64,000 nt of DNA, taken from NCBI GenBank assembly GCA_965208905.1, contig OZ242365.1, positions 128,001-192,000 on the forward strand, in the 5' to 3' direction. This DNA comes from Nitrosopumilaceae archaeon (lineage in GTDB: Archaea > Thermoproteota > Nitrososphaeria > Nitrososphaerales > Nitrosopumilaceae). Within the stretch, counting starts at the first letter, position 1. Every line of letters begins with the position of its first letter. Made by a program: the position numbers and the translations under genes. Below are positions 11,055-20,764 of the stretch, piece after piece. A model generated the notes under the pieces. That model was not told the DNA's origin and did not search any database. It saw only the letters and a program-made list of their open reading frames with translations.

Positions 11055-12144
11055 AGTATCTGTTCAGGACGGTCCGGTGGGCCAACGGCCTGTTCTGCCC
11101 ACGTTGCGGCGGGGTTGATATCGTCCGATACTGCCGATACCGGGGACACGTCCGGAGGTACACATGCAAGGGCTGCCGCCGGACCTTCAACGACAAGACT
11201 GGAACTATTCTTCACTACCGGCACGTCCGGATGGGAGACTGGATGCTGGCGGTCTGGATGTTCCTGTGCGGGCCGCCCAACGGGATATCGATAAACTACA
11301 TTGCAACTTCGATAGGCCGCGCCTACGGGGCCGTCTACCAGATGTACCGCGACATCATGCGGAAGGTGGGCGAGCTGCCGGAGGGCAAGCTGTCCGGGAC
11401 GGGAGAGACCGATAAGGGATACACCAGAGCCGGCTCCAAGGGGGTGTCACCGGGCAGCAACGGCGAGAACCGGACTGTCCCCAGCCGCCGCCGACTGCCC
11501 CGCGGTCCGGGCAGGGGCACCTTCGAGAAGAATGTACCGATGGTCACCATCTACCATCAGCGGGCCGCAGAAGGCGAACCGGATGTGACAATCTTCGAGG
11601 TTCCCCGTGGCGACGGCAAAACGCTGGCCGAAATGGTGGCCGAAAAGTTCGAACCGGGCTCGACGGTGATCACCGACGAGCATCCCGCCTACAAGAGCCT
11701 TGGGGAGATGGGATATGGCCACTTGGCCATCAACCACAGCGAGGGCGAGTACGCATCAGGCGAGCACAACGAGTTTCATACCAACAACTACGAGTGCCGT
11801 ATAGGTCTGCTGTATATGGTGGCTGAAAAAACACCGCGGCGTGAGCAAATGGCATCTGGAACGATACGTCAAGTCTTTCCAGTTTGTTCACAACCACAGG
11901 CACTATGGCATCAATGGTAGGTTCGTGGCTGCGCTAGCCGCCATCCTTGACCAATATGCCGGGAGACAAGCCTGACCAAGATGTTTTTCGCGCCGTAATT
12001 ATTTTCCGCAGCATCCGTCCTGCAGGCGCGTGTCGTCTGACCGGTTCATGCTTTTTCTGCACTGAACGCCAACTCCGCCGCCCTATGGGCGTAATTGCCA
12101 CCCCCAACATTAGATAGATGAGCGTTCTCATTTCACCTCCTTTT

Positions 12145-12314
12145 TAGTGGATAGTCGGACCTGACCATGGTCGACTTCCATCCGCCCTCGAAGGGGCTGA
12201 AGCTTTTCACGTACCTTGAGCCATTCTGTTAAACGCCCTCGGAGGGGCCAGTTCCTGCCGACTCTCAGGTCCAACAGGAAGAGTGCAGGTATCGCCGATA
12301 TAACAACGACACAT
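12145..12314 (-). ncRNA. Second, divergent bridge-RNA-like module with no transposase downstream
   Basis: Colinear homologue of 10872-11054 with pairing-preserving stem changes and different loops; followed by GGAGGTGA and ATG at 12131. Confidence 0.65.
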
Positions 12315-12319
12315 AACTT

Positions 12320-12373
12320 CTGGTAAGTTATCGGTAGATGTTCCTTGCTGGTAAGTGTCGGTAGATCGTCCTT
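12320..12373. repeat. Imperfect tandem repeat, 2 x ~27 bp (CTGGTAAGT..TCGGTAGAT..TCCTT)
   Basis: Units 12320-12347 and 12348-12373. Confidence 0.8.
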
Positions 12374-12581
12374 AGAGGTGTTTTGTATGGGGGCTTAGCC
12401 CTGTGGGACAGGCCTGGGCTGGTAACTTATCCGCGCTTGAAAAGCCCATGTTAGAATTACAATATTCTCCAAAAAAGCCGTGATTTTTACATTTCAAGTC
12501 CGCACCACCCACCAACAACCACAATGCGCAAATACGGAATCTTGGAACAACCTTAAAACGTACCTCGGGAAAAACAATACC

Positions 12582-15038
12582 GTGAAGCCATTCCACAAGA
12601 TCCTCGAAGTCAGACCTGATGTACAGGACGGCACATTAGACCAATCTGCATATGCGGCCAATCTGGGTGATGTAGTGTCTGATATAGACAAACCTGCCGC
12701 CAAAGAATACCGCAACCCTGTACTATTCAGAGAGATGACATATGAGACTGAAGGAATGCGCAAGGCATTAGATCACATTCGTGTACGGCTACAAGACGGC
12801 AAGGGTAATGGATTAAGACAGCTAGAGACAAGTTTTGGTGGTGGAAAGACGCATGCAATGATTGCAATGTATCATAAATGCAAGGACTGGGATACTACAC
12901 CTGTTGTCATAGACGGCCAGTCCCTGCGCACAACATCCACGTTATGGGGCGAGATAGAACGGCAGTTAGACGGTAATATACAAAAGATGGCCGGCCAGGT
13001 TGCACCTTCAGGAGACCAAATCTATGAGTTGCTACACAACAGGAAGAAGCCCATACTCATACTGATAGATGAGATCTTCAACTATGTGGCAGGCGCGGCT
13101 GCCATACCAATAGGCAATTCAGACTTGGCTGCACAGACCATAATATTCATGCAGAGGTTATACGGCCAGCTAGGTAGTCTGCAAAACGTATGCTTGGTGA
13201 TGTCTCTATCCAAACGTGATGATGTACTTGGTACTGATACCGGTAATCGCACTGCAAAAATACAAAATGAGTACTACTCAAAACTACAAAAGATAGCCGG
13301 TAGGCATCACCAGCTAGACACCATATCTGAGGATAACGACATATCACACATAATACGTCGCAGACTATTCAGTACAAGTGAAGAGACCATACAGTATGGT
13401 GCAAAGGACACTATACAGTGGTGTATAGAACAGATGGTGGAGGGTGAATCACTACTAGGTGATGACATAGAGAAGTACAAGGAGAGATTTGCCAACACAT
13501 ACCCATTCACGCCAGATGTAATCGACACACTACACAAAAAATGGGCATCCTACCCGACATTTCAGAGGACTCGCGGGGTACTGCGACTACTCTCACTAGT
13601 AGTGCACTCGTTGTTGGAGTCCAAGAGGTCTTGGATTGCACCAAGCGATATTGACTTGTCCGTACCTGAGATACGCCAGGAATTGTTAAAGCATACCGGC
13701 GATAACACCGAGAGTGTGATATCTACCGACATAGTGGGAAGCGATGCATTATCCAGAAAGGCAGATGAAGAGATAGGTGTTCGTTGCGCAGCAAGCATAT
13801 TCATGTATTCATTTCCGCCCAGGACTGGTCGTGGTGCGACATATGAGGAGGTAAAGCGCTCCACCTTCACGTATAACATAACACACTCGTTTATTGGAGA
13901 TACAGTGGGTAAACTACTGCGGCGTTGTTTCTATCTTGATGAGACAGATGACAAGATGTTGTATTTCGACATAAAGCCAAACATAAACCACATGATAGAC
14001 CAGGCCAAGCGGAATGTATCTGATGGAACAGTACATGATGAGGAGCGAAATAGATTGGATGGAGCTATAGATGGCGGGATGTTCGGTGACATACACATAT
14101 GGCCTGATGAGACCGAGGCATACAACATACCAGACAGGCCGGTTTTACAGTTGGTAATATGCAAGAAGGATGATCCGGAGTGGTGTGCAAAGGTCGTGAA
14201 CGGCACTAACAAGTCGCGCCGCATAAACATGAATGGCCTGATATTTCTGCTTCCCAGCAATGGGATTATGCTAAGTGATCTGTTGCGACTGTATCTAGGC
14301 GTGAAGTTTGTCAAAGGGAGTTTGTCTGCAGAGTACAAGGCTTCCACGCGCTCCTACCTGAACTCGGAGATAAAGCGCGCAAAGGACGGAATAGGTGATG
14401 AGTTGTGCAAAAAGTATTCTGTGGTGTATGTTCCGGCGGAGGGCGGTAAGGTCAGAAAGATTCGCGACTATATGTTCAATCCCGCCACTGACAGCTTAAA
14501 GTCGTTGGATAGTCTGATGTGGGAGCGCCTCACCAAGGAAGACCATGTGGCCGCCAGAATAGCCCCGGACATCGCAGCGCGATACGGGAAGGATGCAGAC
14601 GGCGCGTACGAGTCGATGATACGCACGCCGGGCAGCATAATGCCCGCATCCTTTGAGGTTGTACGGGAGGCATTCGAGTCTGATGAACCAGAAGTACCCG
14701 AGACTCCGGACACGCCTACGCATGGAGGGCGTCCATGGGGAGGTTCAACGTGGGATGAGCCAATACAGGATGAGCCAATACAGGAACCAGAAAAGACGTA
14801 TGAGCGCGTACTGTATACTGATGTGGTCGACGCGGCAAGGTTGACCGGCATGCGCTGGATGCTTCGGTCGCCGCAGGAACTATCTCTTAAGGGATTTGTC
14901 TGCAACATAAGCCAGCGCCCTGATGGAATGTACGACATACGCGTGGAGATGGGAGGTGCGGTCCCGGACAGTGTGGTGTCCAACATAAGACCCACCAACC
15001 GGGGAAAATTGGAGAAGGATGACGGCTGGGACGAATAG
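12582..15038 (+). CDS. DUF499 AAA+ ATPase (BrxC-related)
   Basis: 'LETSFGGGKTHAMIAMYH', 'LILIDE', 'YPF', 'FQRTRGVLRLL'; GTG start ~30 nt after a TTAAAA box. Confidence 0.9.
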   Translation: MKPFHKILEVRPDVQDGTLDQSAYAANLGDVVSDIDKPAAKEYRNPVLFREMTYETEGMRKALDHIRVRLQDGKGNGLRQLETSFGGGKTHAMIAMYHKCKDWDTTPVVIDGQSLRTTSTLWGEIERQLDGNIQKMAGQVAPSGDQIYELLHNRKKPILILIDEIFNYVAGAAAIPIGNSDLAAQTIIFMQRLYGQLGSLQNVCLVMSLSKRDDVLGTDTGNRTAKIQNEYYSKLQKIAGRHHQLDTISEDNDISHIIRRRLFSTSEETIQYGAKDTIQWCIEQMVEGESLLGDDIEKYKERFANTYPFTPDVIDTLHKKWASYPTFQRTRGVLRLLSLVVHSLLESKRSWIAPSDIDLSVPEIRQELLKHTGDNTESVISTDIVGSDALSRKADEEIGVRCAASIFMYSFPPRTGRGATYEEVKRSTFTYNITHSFIGDTVGKLLRRCFYLDETDDKMLYFDIKPNINHMIDQAKRNVSDGTVHDEERNRLDGAIDGGMFGDIHIWPDETEAYNIPDRPVLQLVICKKDDPEWCAKVVNGTNKSRRINMNGLIFLLPSNGIMLSDLLRLYLGVKFVKGSLSAEYKASTRSYLNSEIKRAKDGIGDELCKKYSVVYVPAEGGKVRKIRDYMFNPATDSLKSLDSLMWERLTKEDHVAARIAPDIAARYGKDADGAYESMIRTPGSIMPASFEVVREAFESDEPEVPETPDTPTHGGRPWGGSTWDEPIQDEPIQEPEKTYERVLYTDVVDAARLTGMRWMLRSPQELSLKGFVCNISQRPDGMYDIRVEMGGAVPDSVVSNIRPTNRGKLEKDDGWDE

Positions 15039-17613
15039 GCTCATTGGTACGATAATACCAATAAATGATATATCAAAGGGTGGAGCCGCAGAGAAGAAGA
15101 GGGGTCGCGGTAGAATCAACAACTTACATCGGTGGTGGGCTTCGCGGCCTACTACAGTATCCCGCATCACAGCATATGCAGCACTGGTTGATCCGCCAAT
15201 AGAAGAACATAAGAAAATGATACTAGACATGTGCGACTATGATAATACAACCAAACCCGAACGGATAGCAGTACGGGATGCCGCGCGCAAGCGAATCAAA
15301 GAAAAGTGGGAAAATCCTCCAAAGGTGCTGGATCCGTTCGGCGGCACGGGGGCGCTGCCGTTCAGCGCCGCGTGGCTGGGCTGTGAATCACATTCTATGG
15401 ATTACAATCCTGTTGCTGTTATATTACAAAAGTGCGCGTTGGAGTATCCGACCAGGTACGGGCATGAACTCAAGGAAGATGTCATGCGGTATGCGAAACA
15501 AGTTGGCGAGCTGTTGAAGGAGCGTACCACGCCTTATTATCCGGGCGAGTCGCACTACGGGTATATCTGGTGCCGGACAATCCGGTGTAAGTGCGGGTGT
15601 ATAATCCCACTTATACACGACTACACACTCTCAAAAAGTTATGGTATGCATTTCCGGCCCGCTGCGCGAGACGGCGAGGTTGAATTCACCATACACGACA
15701 AGGGTGAGATACCTCCCGGTCAGGTGGGAGGTAGGCGGGCCATATGTGTAAACTGTGGACACACGTACACCAACATAGAGATACGAGACATGGTATGGGA
15801 CCACGGCTCGGAGATGATGTGTGTTGCCACATCCGTACCAAAGCGAGGGAGGAGTAAGTCGTATAGGTCGGTTGATGCGGATGACCGGACACTGTATGAG
15901 TCATGCGCCGCGCAGCTGAAAGAGTGTCGTGCGCAGTTTCGCGAGAAATATGACATAGACCCAATACCTGACATCGTCATCCCCATGCCAGACGGCCTGG
16001 AGTATAGGCCGGGTGGACCGGTATGGCATGTCTTGCGCATAGCTACGTTTGGCCACACCCGTTGGTCGCAACTCTTCAACAACCGGCAGCTACTGTGCAT
16101 GGTGATACTATTGGATATACTGCGCGAGATCGAGGCGGACGTAATAAAGAATCACGGCATGGAGCGCGGCATTGCCATAATGACTTACCTTGGGCTAATG
16201 ATGGACAAGACTCTGGAAAGGTACTGTAGATTGTCACCTTGGCTAACAGATAGTGGCAGAGTCACACATTGCTTCTCCCAACAAAATCTACGTAACACGT
16301 GGGACTATCCGGAGGTTGCCCCCCACATATTATGGGGGCAGTCAATCACCCATATTTCGGACGGCATGAACGCGGCCCTCTCCAACAACACCGTATGCGA
16401 CGTGCGACGGGCCTCGGCCACCAACCTACCATATGATGACTGTACATTCGATGCCGTATGCACGGACCCGCCGTATTATGATGCCATGCAGTACTCATAC
16501 ACGTCCGACTTCTATGTGTGGCTGAAGCGCTCCATTGGACATTTACACCCTGAATTATTCCGCGGCACGCATACTCCAAAGAAAAACGAGGTGATTGAGA
16601 CAGAAAGCCTGGCCATGCATATAACACCGGAATGTAAGGTGCGAGACAGTGATGGCTATCAACAGCTAATGTCACGGTCACTACACGAGATGCATCGTGT
16701 GTTGAAACCAGATGGTATACTCACATTAGTATACGCGCATAAGACCACTGAGGGTTGGGAGACCCTCATCAAATCAATATTAGAGGCGGGATTCACGATA
16801 ACAGCGGCCTGGCCGGTCGATACTGAGAGTTCATCCCGCATGAAATCCCGTGGTACGGCAGCCCTTGCCTCATCAATATACATGGTGGGCCGTAAGTGGG
16901 AGCGCAAACCGGTAGCCGAGTGGCGCACAGTACAGTTAGAGTTCCGCGAGCATGTGTGCGCCATGCTGGACAGGCTCATCAAGGCAAACATAACGGGCTC
17001 GGACTTTTACATTGCGGCCATCGGGTCCGCTCTGGAGATATTCGGTAAGTATAAGGCGGTGCGAAGAAGTAATGGCGAGCAAATCACTATAGACGAAATA
17101 CTTGATGAGATACGCACCCTGTGCTCGGAGTTCATAGTAAAGATGCTCACACAGGGTGGTGGCGGAAACATAGATCCGCTAACCAAGCTCTACATAACGT
17201 GGCGGTGGGCGTACGGCAATCAAAAAATACACTTTGATGTTGCGCGAAAGTTGTTCACCGGTGTGGGACGAGACATGGACGAATATTCGGGCAAGGGTGG
17301 TATAATACGGCGCAAAGGCAGTGAAGTAAAGCTGCTGACGCATCAGGAGCGCGATGAAGAGATACGTATCAAGAGCCGCATAGATGCCATACATCAGGCC
17401 ATCCGCTACTGGCACGCCAACAAGCTTGACGACATGAAGGAGATATTGCGCGAGACTGGCAATATAGGCGATGTGTTCAATGCCGTCTGCAAGGCGATTG
17501 CAAGGGCCGGGAATGGAGAGACAGATGAAGCGAGGGAGATCGACCAGTTCCGTTCAGGGCGAGAAGAAGAGATAAACGAACCTGTGGGGCAGCTAAGGAT
17601 GACTGATTACTGA
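15019..17613 (+). CDS. DUF1156 adenine DNA methyltransferase with Zn-finger insert
   Basis: 'LHRWWASRP', LDPFGGTG, TDPPYYD, 'YAHK...WETLI', 'ALASSI'. Confidence 0.9.
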   Translation: MTAGTNRLIGTIIPINDISKGGAAEKKRGRGRINNLHRWWASRPTTVSRITAYAALVDPPIEEHKKMILDMCDYDNTTKPERIAVRDAARKRIKEKWENPPKVLDPFGGTGALPFSAAWLGCESHSMDYNPVAVILQKCALEYPTRYGHELKEDVMRYAKQVGELLKERTTPYYPGESHYGYIWCRTIRCKCGCIIPLIHDYTLSKSYGMHFRPAARDGEVEFTIHDKGEIPPGQVGGRRAICVNCGHTYTNIEIRDMVWDHGSEMMCVATSVPKRGRSKSYRSVDADDRTLYESCAAQLKECRAQFREKYDIDPIPDIVIPMPDGLEYRPGGPVWHVLRIATFGHTRWSQLFNNRQLLCMVILLDILREIEADVIKNHGMERGIAIMTYLGLMMDKTLERYCRLSPWLTDSGRVTHCFSQQNLRNTWDYPEVAPHILWGQSITHISDGMNAALSNNTVCDVRRASATNLPYDDCTFDAVCTDPPYYDAMQYSYTSDFYVWLKRSIGHLHPELFRGTHTPKKNEVIETESLAMHITPECKVRDSDGYQQLMSRSLHEMHRVLKPDGILTLVYAHKTTEGWETLIKSILEAGFTITAAWPVDTESSSRMKSRGTAALASSIYMVGRKWERKPVAEWRTVQLEFREHVCAMLDRLIKANITGSDFYIAAIGSALEIFGKYKAVRRSNGEQITIDEILDEIRTLCSEFIVKMLTQGGGGNIDPLTKLYITWRWAYGNQKIHFDVARKLFTGVGRDMDEYSGKGGIIRRKGSEVKLLTHQERDEEIRIKSRIDAIHQAIRYWHANKLDDMKEILRETGNIGDVFNAVCKAIARAGNGETDEAREIDQFRSGREEEINEPVGQLRMTDY

Positions 17614-20600
17614 TGAAGTATGGCGACTTGAAGCCGGACATGCTGATAGACGGTCCGTATTGGGACAGGCCGGTTACACTGGAACAGTTCGAGAGTGCTG
17701 GACAGCACACCAAACTAACCATACGACGTTACAATGGCACTACGAGCACTATACGTGTGAAACTTGAAGATATAGACATTCATCACACACAGTACGGCAC
17801 GCCATGGCGTACAAGGGCGGCGGTTGACATGCTGCGCCACAAACATGCAAAGGGTGGTGGGGCCGACATGGGTGGGATGGACCCCCTTCCGCACCAGATA
17901 CAGTCAATACGCCGCATAACCAGCCAGTACGATAACATAAGGTTCCTGCTGGCAGATGAGCCCGGGGCCGGCAAGACCGCAGTCGCGTCCAGCATAATAC
18001 GCGAGATGAAACTACAGGGACGTGCGGACCGCACACTGATAGTTACACCCGCACACCTCAAATACCAGTGGAGGGCTGAGTTGAAGCGATTCACCGGCCT
18101 GAAGGGATACATAGTTGAGGGAGGCAGTATAGACCAGTCCAACCCGTGGCCGACAGACGAGCACGACATACTCATAACATCCATTGATTACGCCAGGGGT
18201 GAGAAGAACCTTCAGGTATTGGCGCGCATGGAGTTTGATCTGGTGGTTGTGGATGAGGCCCACCACATGAACTCGTCCGGCAAGAACGTAAGTAAACGGT
18301 ACAGGGTGGGCGAGGCACTCTCAAACATATCGAAACACATGCTGTTCCTGACCGCGACACCGCACCGCGGCAAGCCTGAAAACTTCCAGCGCCTCCTGAA
18401 ACTACTAAATCCGGAACTGTTCCCTGACGGCCTTTCATCCGAGGAGGTGGCTGTCCGCAAGGGGCCGATGTTCCTGCGCCACCTCAAAACGGAGATGACG
18501 GACATGGATGGCAGGCCAATATTTCCCAAACGCAGTGTAAGATCCCTCAAATACGAGATGTCCATACCGGAGAGCGACATGTATAAAATGGTGAGCAACT
18601 ATGTGCGCAAACAGCATCAGAGATTAGTAGAACAGGATGAGCGACAACTCGCACCATTCCTAATACTACTGATACAGAAACGCATGGCATCCAGCACGTA
18701 CGCGCTGCAAAAGACGTTGGAGCGACGCAGGGACAAACTCAAGGACTATCTGGAGAGGGACATATTCCCAAGACCCAATCTGGAGTACGAAGAAGTGGAC
18801 GATGAGTATGATGAGGATGACCCCGAGCATGAGCGGCGGGACGACGAGTTGAGCGGCATAAGCGCGTCGCGCACGCCAGAAGAGCTGAAGGTAGAGATTG
18901 CCGAACTGGACAGCTTGGTTGAGGCAGCAGACCAGGCGGCCAGCACAAAGCCGGACAGGAAGCTTGAAAAGCTGCTCGACATAGTAAAGAGTCTCGGTGA
19001 CGGCAAACTGCTGGTATTCAGTGAGTACATGGACACCATACAGTATCTGGAGAAGCATATTGGTGAGCGGGTATGCCGTATAGACGGCAAGATGAAGCAA
19101 CAGCAACGAGATGCTGCTGTGCAGGAGTTCCGTGATACATACCGCATAATGCTGGCAACAGATGCCGCGCGAGAGGGAATGAACATGCAGTTCTGTAATA
19201 CAATGGTGAACTATGATTTGCCCTGGAGTCCAATTGTACTGGAGCAGCGCATGGGTCGTCTGCACAGATACGGCCAGGAGAAGGATGTTACAATACACAA
19301 CATGATAGCAGACAACACAATAGAGGGGGACGTATTGGAGAGGCTGGATGCCAAAATCAAAGAGATAGAGAAGCAATACGAGGCAGTAGACGTCATAGGA
19401 ACAATACTGTCGGAGGTCAACATAAAGGACATAATGGTGGAATCGATTACGGGGCGCGTCTCCGATGGCGTCAGTAAGCGGATGCGGTATGTCGGGGAGA
19501 AGATGCGGCGGGAGCAGGAGATGTTGGAGCGCACACCGGTGGATCTGGAAGCGGCTCTCAGGGCAAAGGGTGAGATTGCTGCAAAACATGTTGATGGTAA
19601 ACATCTTGTATACATGATGCAGAACATATTCAGTGGATTGGGCGGGAGCGTCAAGTCAACCAACACAAAGACCACGATACAGGTACCATCAGAGTTGCGC
19701 AGTGGGCCGTTTAGGCGCAAGCGGGAGTCGTTTGACATACCCGTGCAGGAGGCTCTGTCAAGGGGCACCAAACTGTACAAGCACATAGAATCCTGGGTCA
19801 TGGACAACTGCAGGGCCGACCTGCAGGGAGGGTCGGTGTTTGCAGGCAACTATGAAGGCCACATAGTGTTCCATATAACCAAATTGAAGGACAGTTCGGG
19901 TAAGACTGCTGAAGTTTTGGTGCAGGCCCACCGCGTCGGCGCGGACGGTGTTGTGCAGTCCGTGCATCCGGATATATTGAGCGAGTTGGACGATATGGGT
20001 GGAGACCCCGGAGCCAGGCCGGAGGTTGGCAGTGCAACGGACAGGGCGTTTGAGGATGCCCAGGCTAGGTCAAGGCAGCTGAACGAGGAAGCGAGAGAGT
20101 ACTGGAGGCATCGGAGTGAGACGATGAACATAGGCGGGGGTTTGGAGTCGCTACGGATGGAGTTGGGCGATCTCATGCCCGGGACGCCAGAGTGGAAGGC
20201 GATAGATGAAAAGATAAAGAACTTGGAGTCGTGGGAGGGTAACATGCAGAGGAGCGCCAGCACAGACAAGCTGCACGTGGAGGAGCCTGTATTGGTGGGC
20301 TGGGTCAGGGTAGTGCGGCGCAAGGATACACAGGATACAGAGATACGCGGCATGAACCGCAGTATGGAGATAGAACGCAAAGAGGGTTTCATACCCGAGG
20401 ATGTCTCGAATAAACGCGGCCTTGGATACGATATACTATCAAAACATCCAGATGGCCGGGAGCGTCATATAGAGGTGAAGGCGCGGTGTTCATTCACACC
20501 AGTACAACTCACCCCCAATGAGGAGAATGCACGTCTTAAAGACCCGAACTACAAACTACACGTGCACGTAATTGATGGTGATACACATTATACAACCATC

Positions 20601-20705
20601 TTAGACGATCCATCTAAACTGATTACAAAGAAAAATCTTTCATATGATGCTCCAATTTCTGAGCTTAACCGTCTTGGTGTAAAGTATGAGTATTCTGAAG
20701 AGTAA
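17613..20705 (+). CDS. SNF2-family helicase with C-terminal DUF3883 nuclease
   Basis: LLADEPGAGKT, DEAHH, TATPH, QRMGRLHRYGQ; C-terminal 'GYDILS...IEVK...LTPNE'. Confidence 0.92.
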   Translation: MKYGDLKPDMLIDGPYWDRPVTLEQFESAGQHTKLTIRRYNGTTSTIRVKLEDIDIHHTQYGTPWRTRAAVDMLRHKHAKGGGADMGGMDPLPHQIQSIRRITSQYDNIRFLLADEPGAGKTAVASSIIREMKLQGRADRTLIVTPAHLKYQWRAELKRFTGLKGYIVEGGSIDQSNPWPTDEHDILITSIDYARGEKNLQVLARMEFDLVVVDEAHHMNSSGKNVSKRYRVGEALSNISKHMLFLTATPHRGKPENFQRLLKLLNPELFPDGLSSEEVAVRKGPMFLRHLKTEMTDMDGRPIFPKRSVRSLKYEMSIPESDMYKMVSNYVRKQHQRLVEQDERQLAPFLILLIQKRMASSTYALQKTLERRRDKLKDYLERDIFPRPNLEYEEVDDEYDEDDPEHERRDDELSGISASRTPEELKVEIAELDSLVEAADQAASTKPDRKLEKLLDIVKSLGDGKLLVFSEYMDTIQYLEKHIGERVCRIDGKMKQQQRDAAVQEFRDTYRIMLATDAAREGMNMQFCNTMVNYDLPWSPIVLEQRMGRLHRYGQEKDVTIHNMIADNTIEGDVLERLDAKIKEIEKQYEAVDVIGTILSEVNIKDIMVESITGRVSDGVSKRMRYVGEKMRREQEMLERTPVDLEAALRAKGEIAAKHVDGKHLVYMMQNIFSGLGGSVKSTNTKTTIQVPSELRSGPFRRKRESFDIPVQEALSRGTKLYKHIESWVMDNCRADLQGGSVFAGNYEGHIVFHITKLKDSSGKTAEVLVQAHRVGADGVVQSVHPDILSELDDMGGDPGARPEVGSATDRAFEDAQARSRQLNEEAREYWRHRSETMNIGGGLESLRMELGDLMPGTPEWKAIDEKIKNLESWEGNMQRSASTDKLHVEEPVLVGWVRVVRRKDTQDTEIRGMNRSMEIERKEGFIPEDVSNKRGLGYDILSKHPDGRERHIEVKARCSFTPVQLTPNEENARLKDPNYKLHVHVIDGDTHYTTILDDPSKLITKKNLSYDAPISELNRLGVKYEYSEE

Positions 20706-20764
20706 TAGTTTGGAGATGGCTATCTATGTCCATTAACTTCTGGATTACTACCTCATAACAGCAC

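Larger units (their letters stand above)
9766..11057 (-). mobile_element. IS110-family insertion sequence (core AGT at 9763-9765 and 11055-11057)
   Basis: Transposase plus upstream non-coding end; removing it restores the IS1595 reading frame. Confidence 0.85.
9669..11975 (+). pseudogene. IS1595-family transposase interrupted by IS110 and frameshifted near 11815
   Basis: Joining 9765 to 11058 restores '...KNAQ-YLFRTVRWANGLFCPRCG...YTCKGCRRTFNDKTGT'; VITDE, INHS, HTNNYE; C-terminal 'HRGVSKWHLERY' in a shifted frame. Confidence 0.85.

Noticed and set aside
9620-12110. IS1595 terminal inverted repeats
   Set aside because: Only a weak CGCCCA/TGGGCG match; the ends could not be defined
11934-12131. 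65-aa ORF as a real gene
   Set aside because: Runs through the IS1595 3' region; probably a chimera of a truncated start
12320-12373. Possible mini-CRISPR
   Set aside because: Two adjacent units, no spacers, no cas genes
14754-14790. 15-bp tandem repeat
   Set aside because: Coding DEPIQ repeat in a low-complexity linker
18666-20392. Long antisense ORFs (also 47012-47851, 34020-34691, 52761-53351)
   Set aside because: Shadows of well-supported genes on the opposite strand
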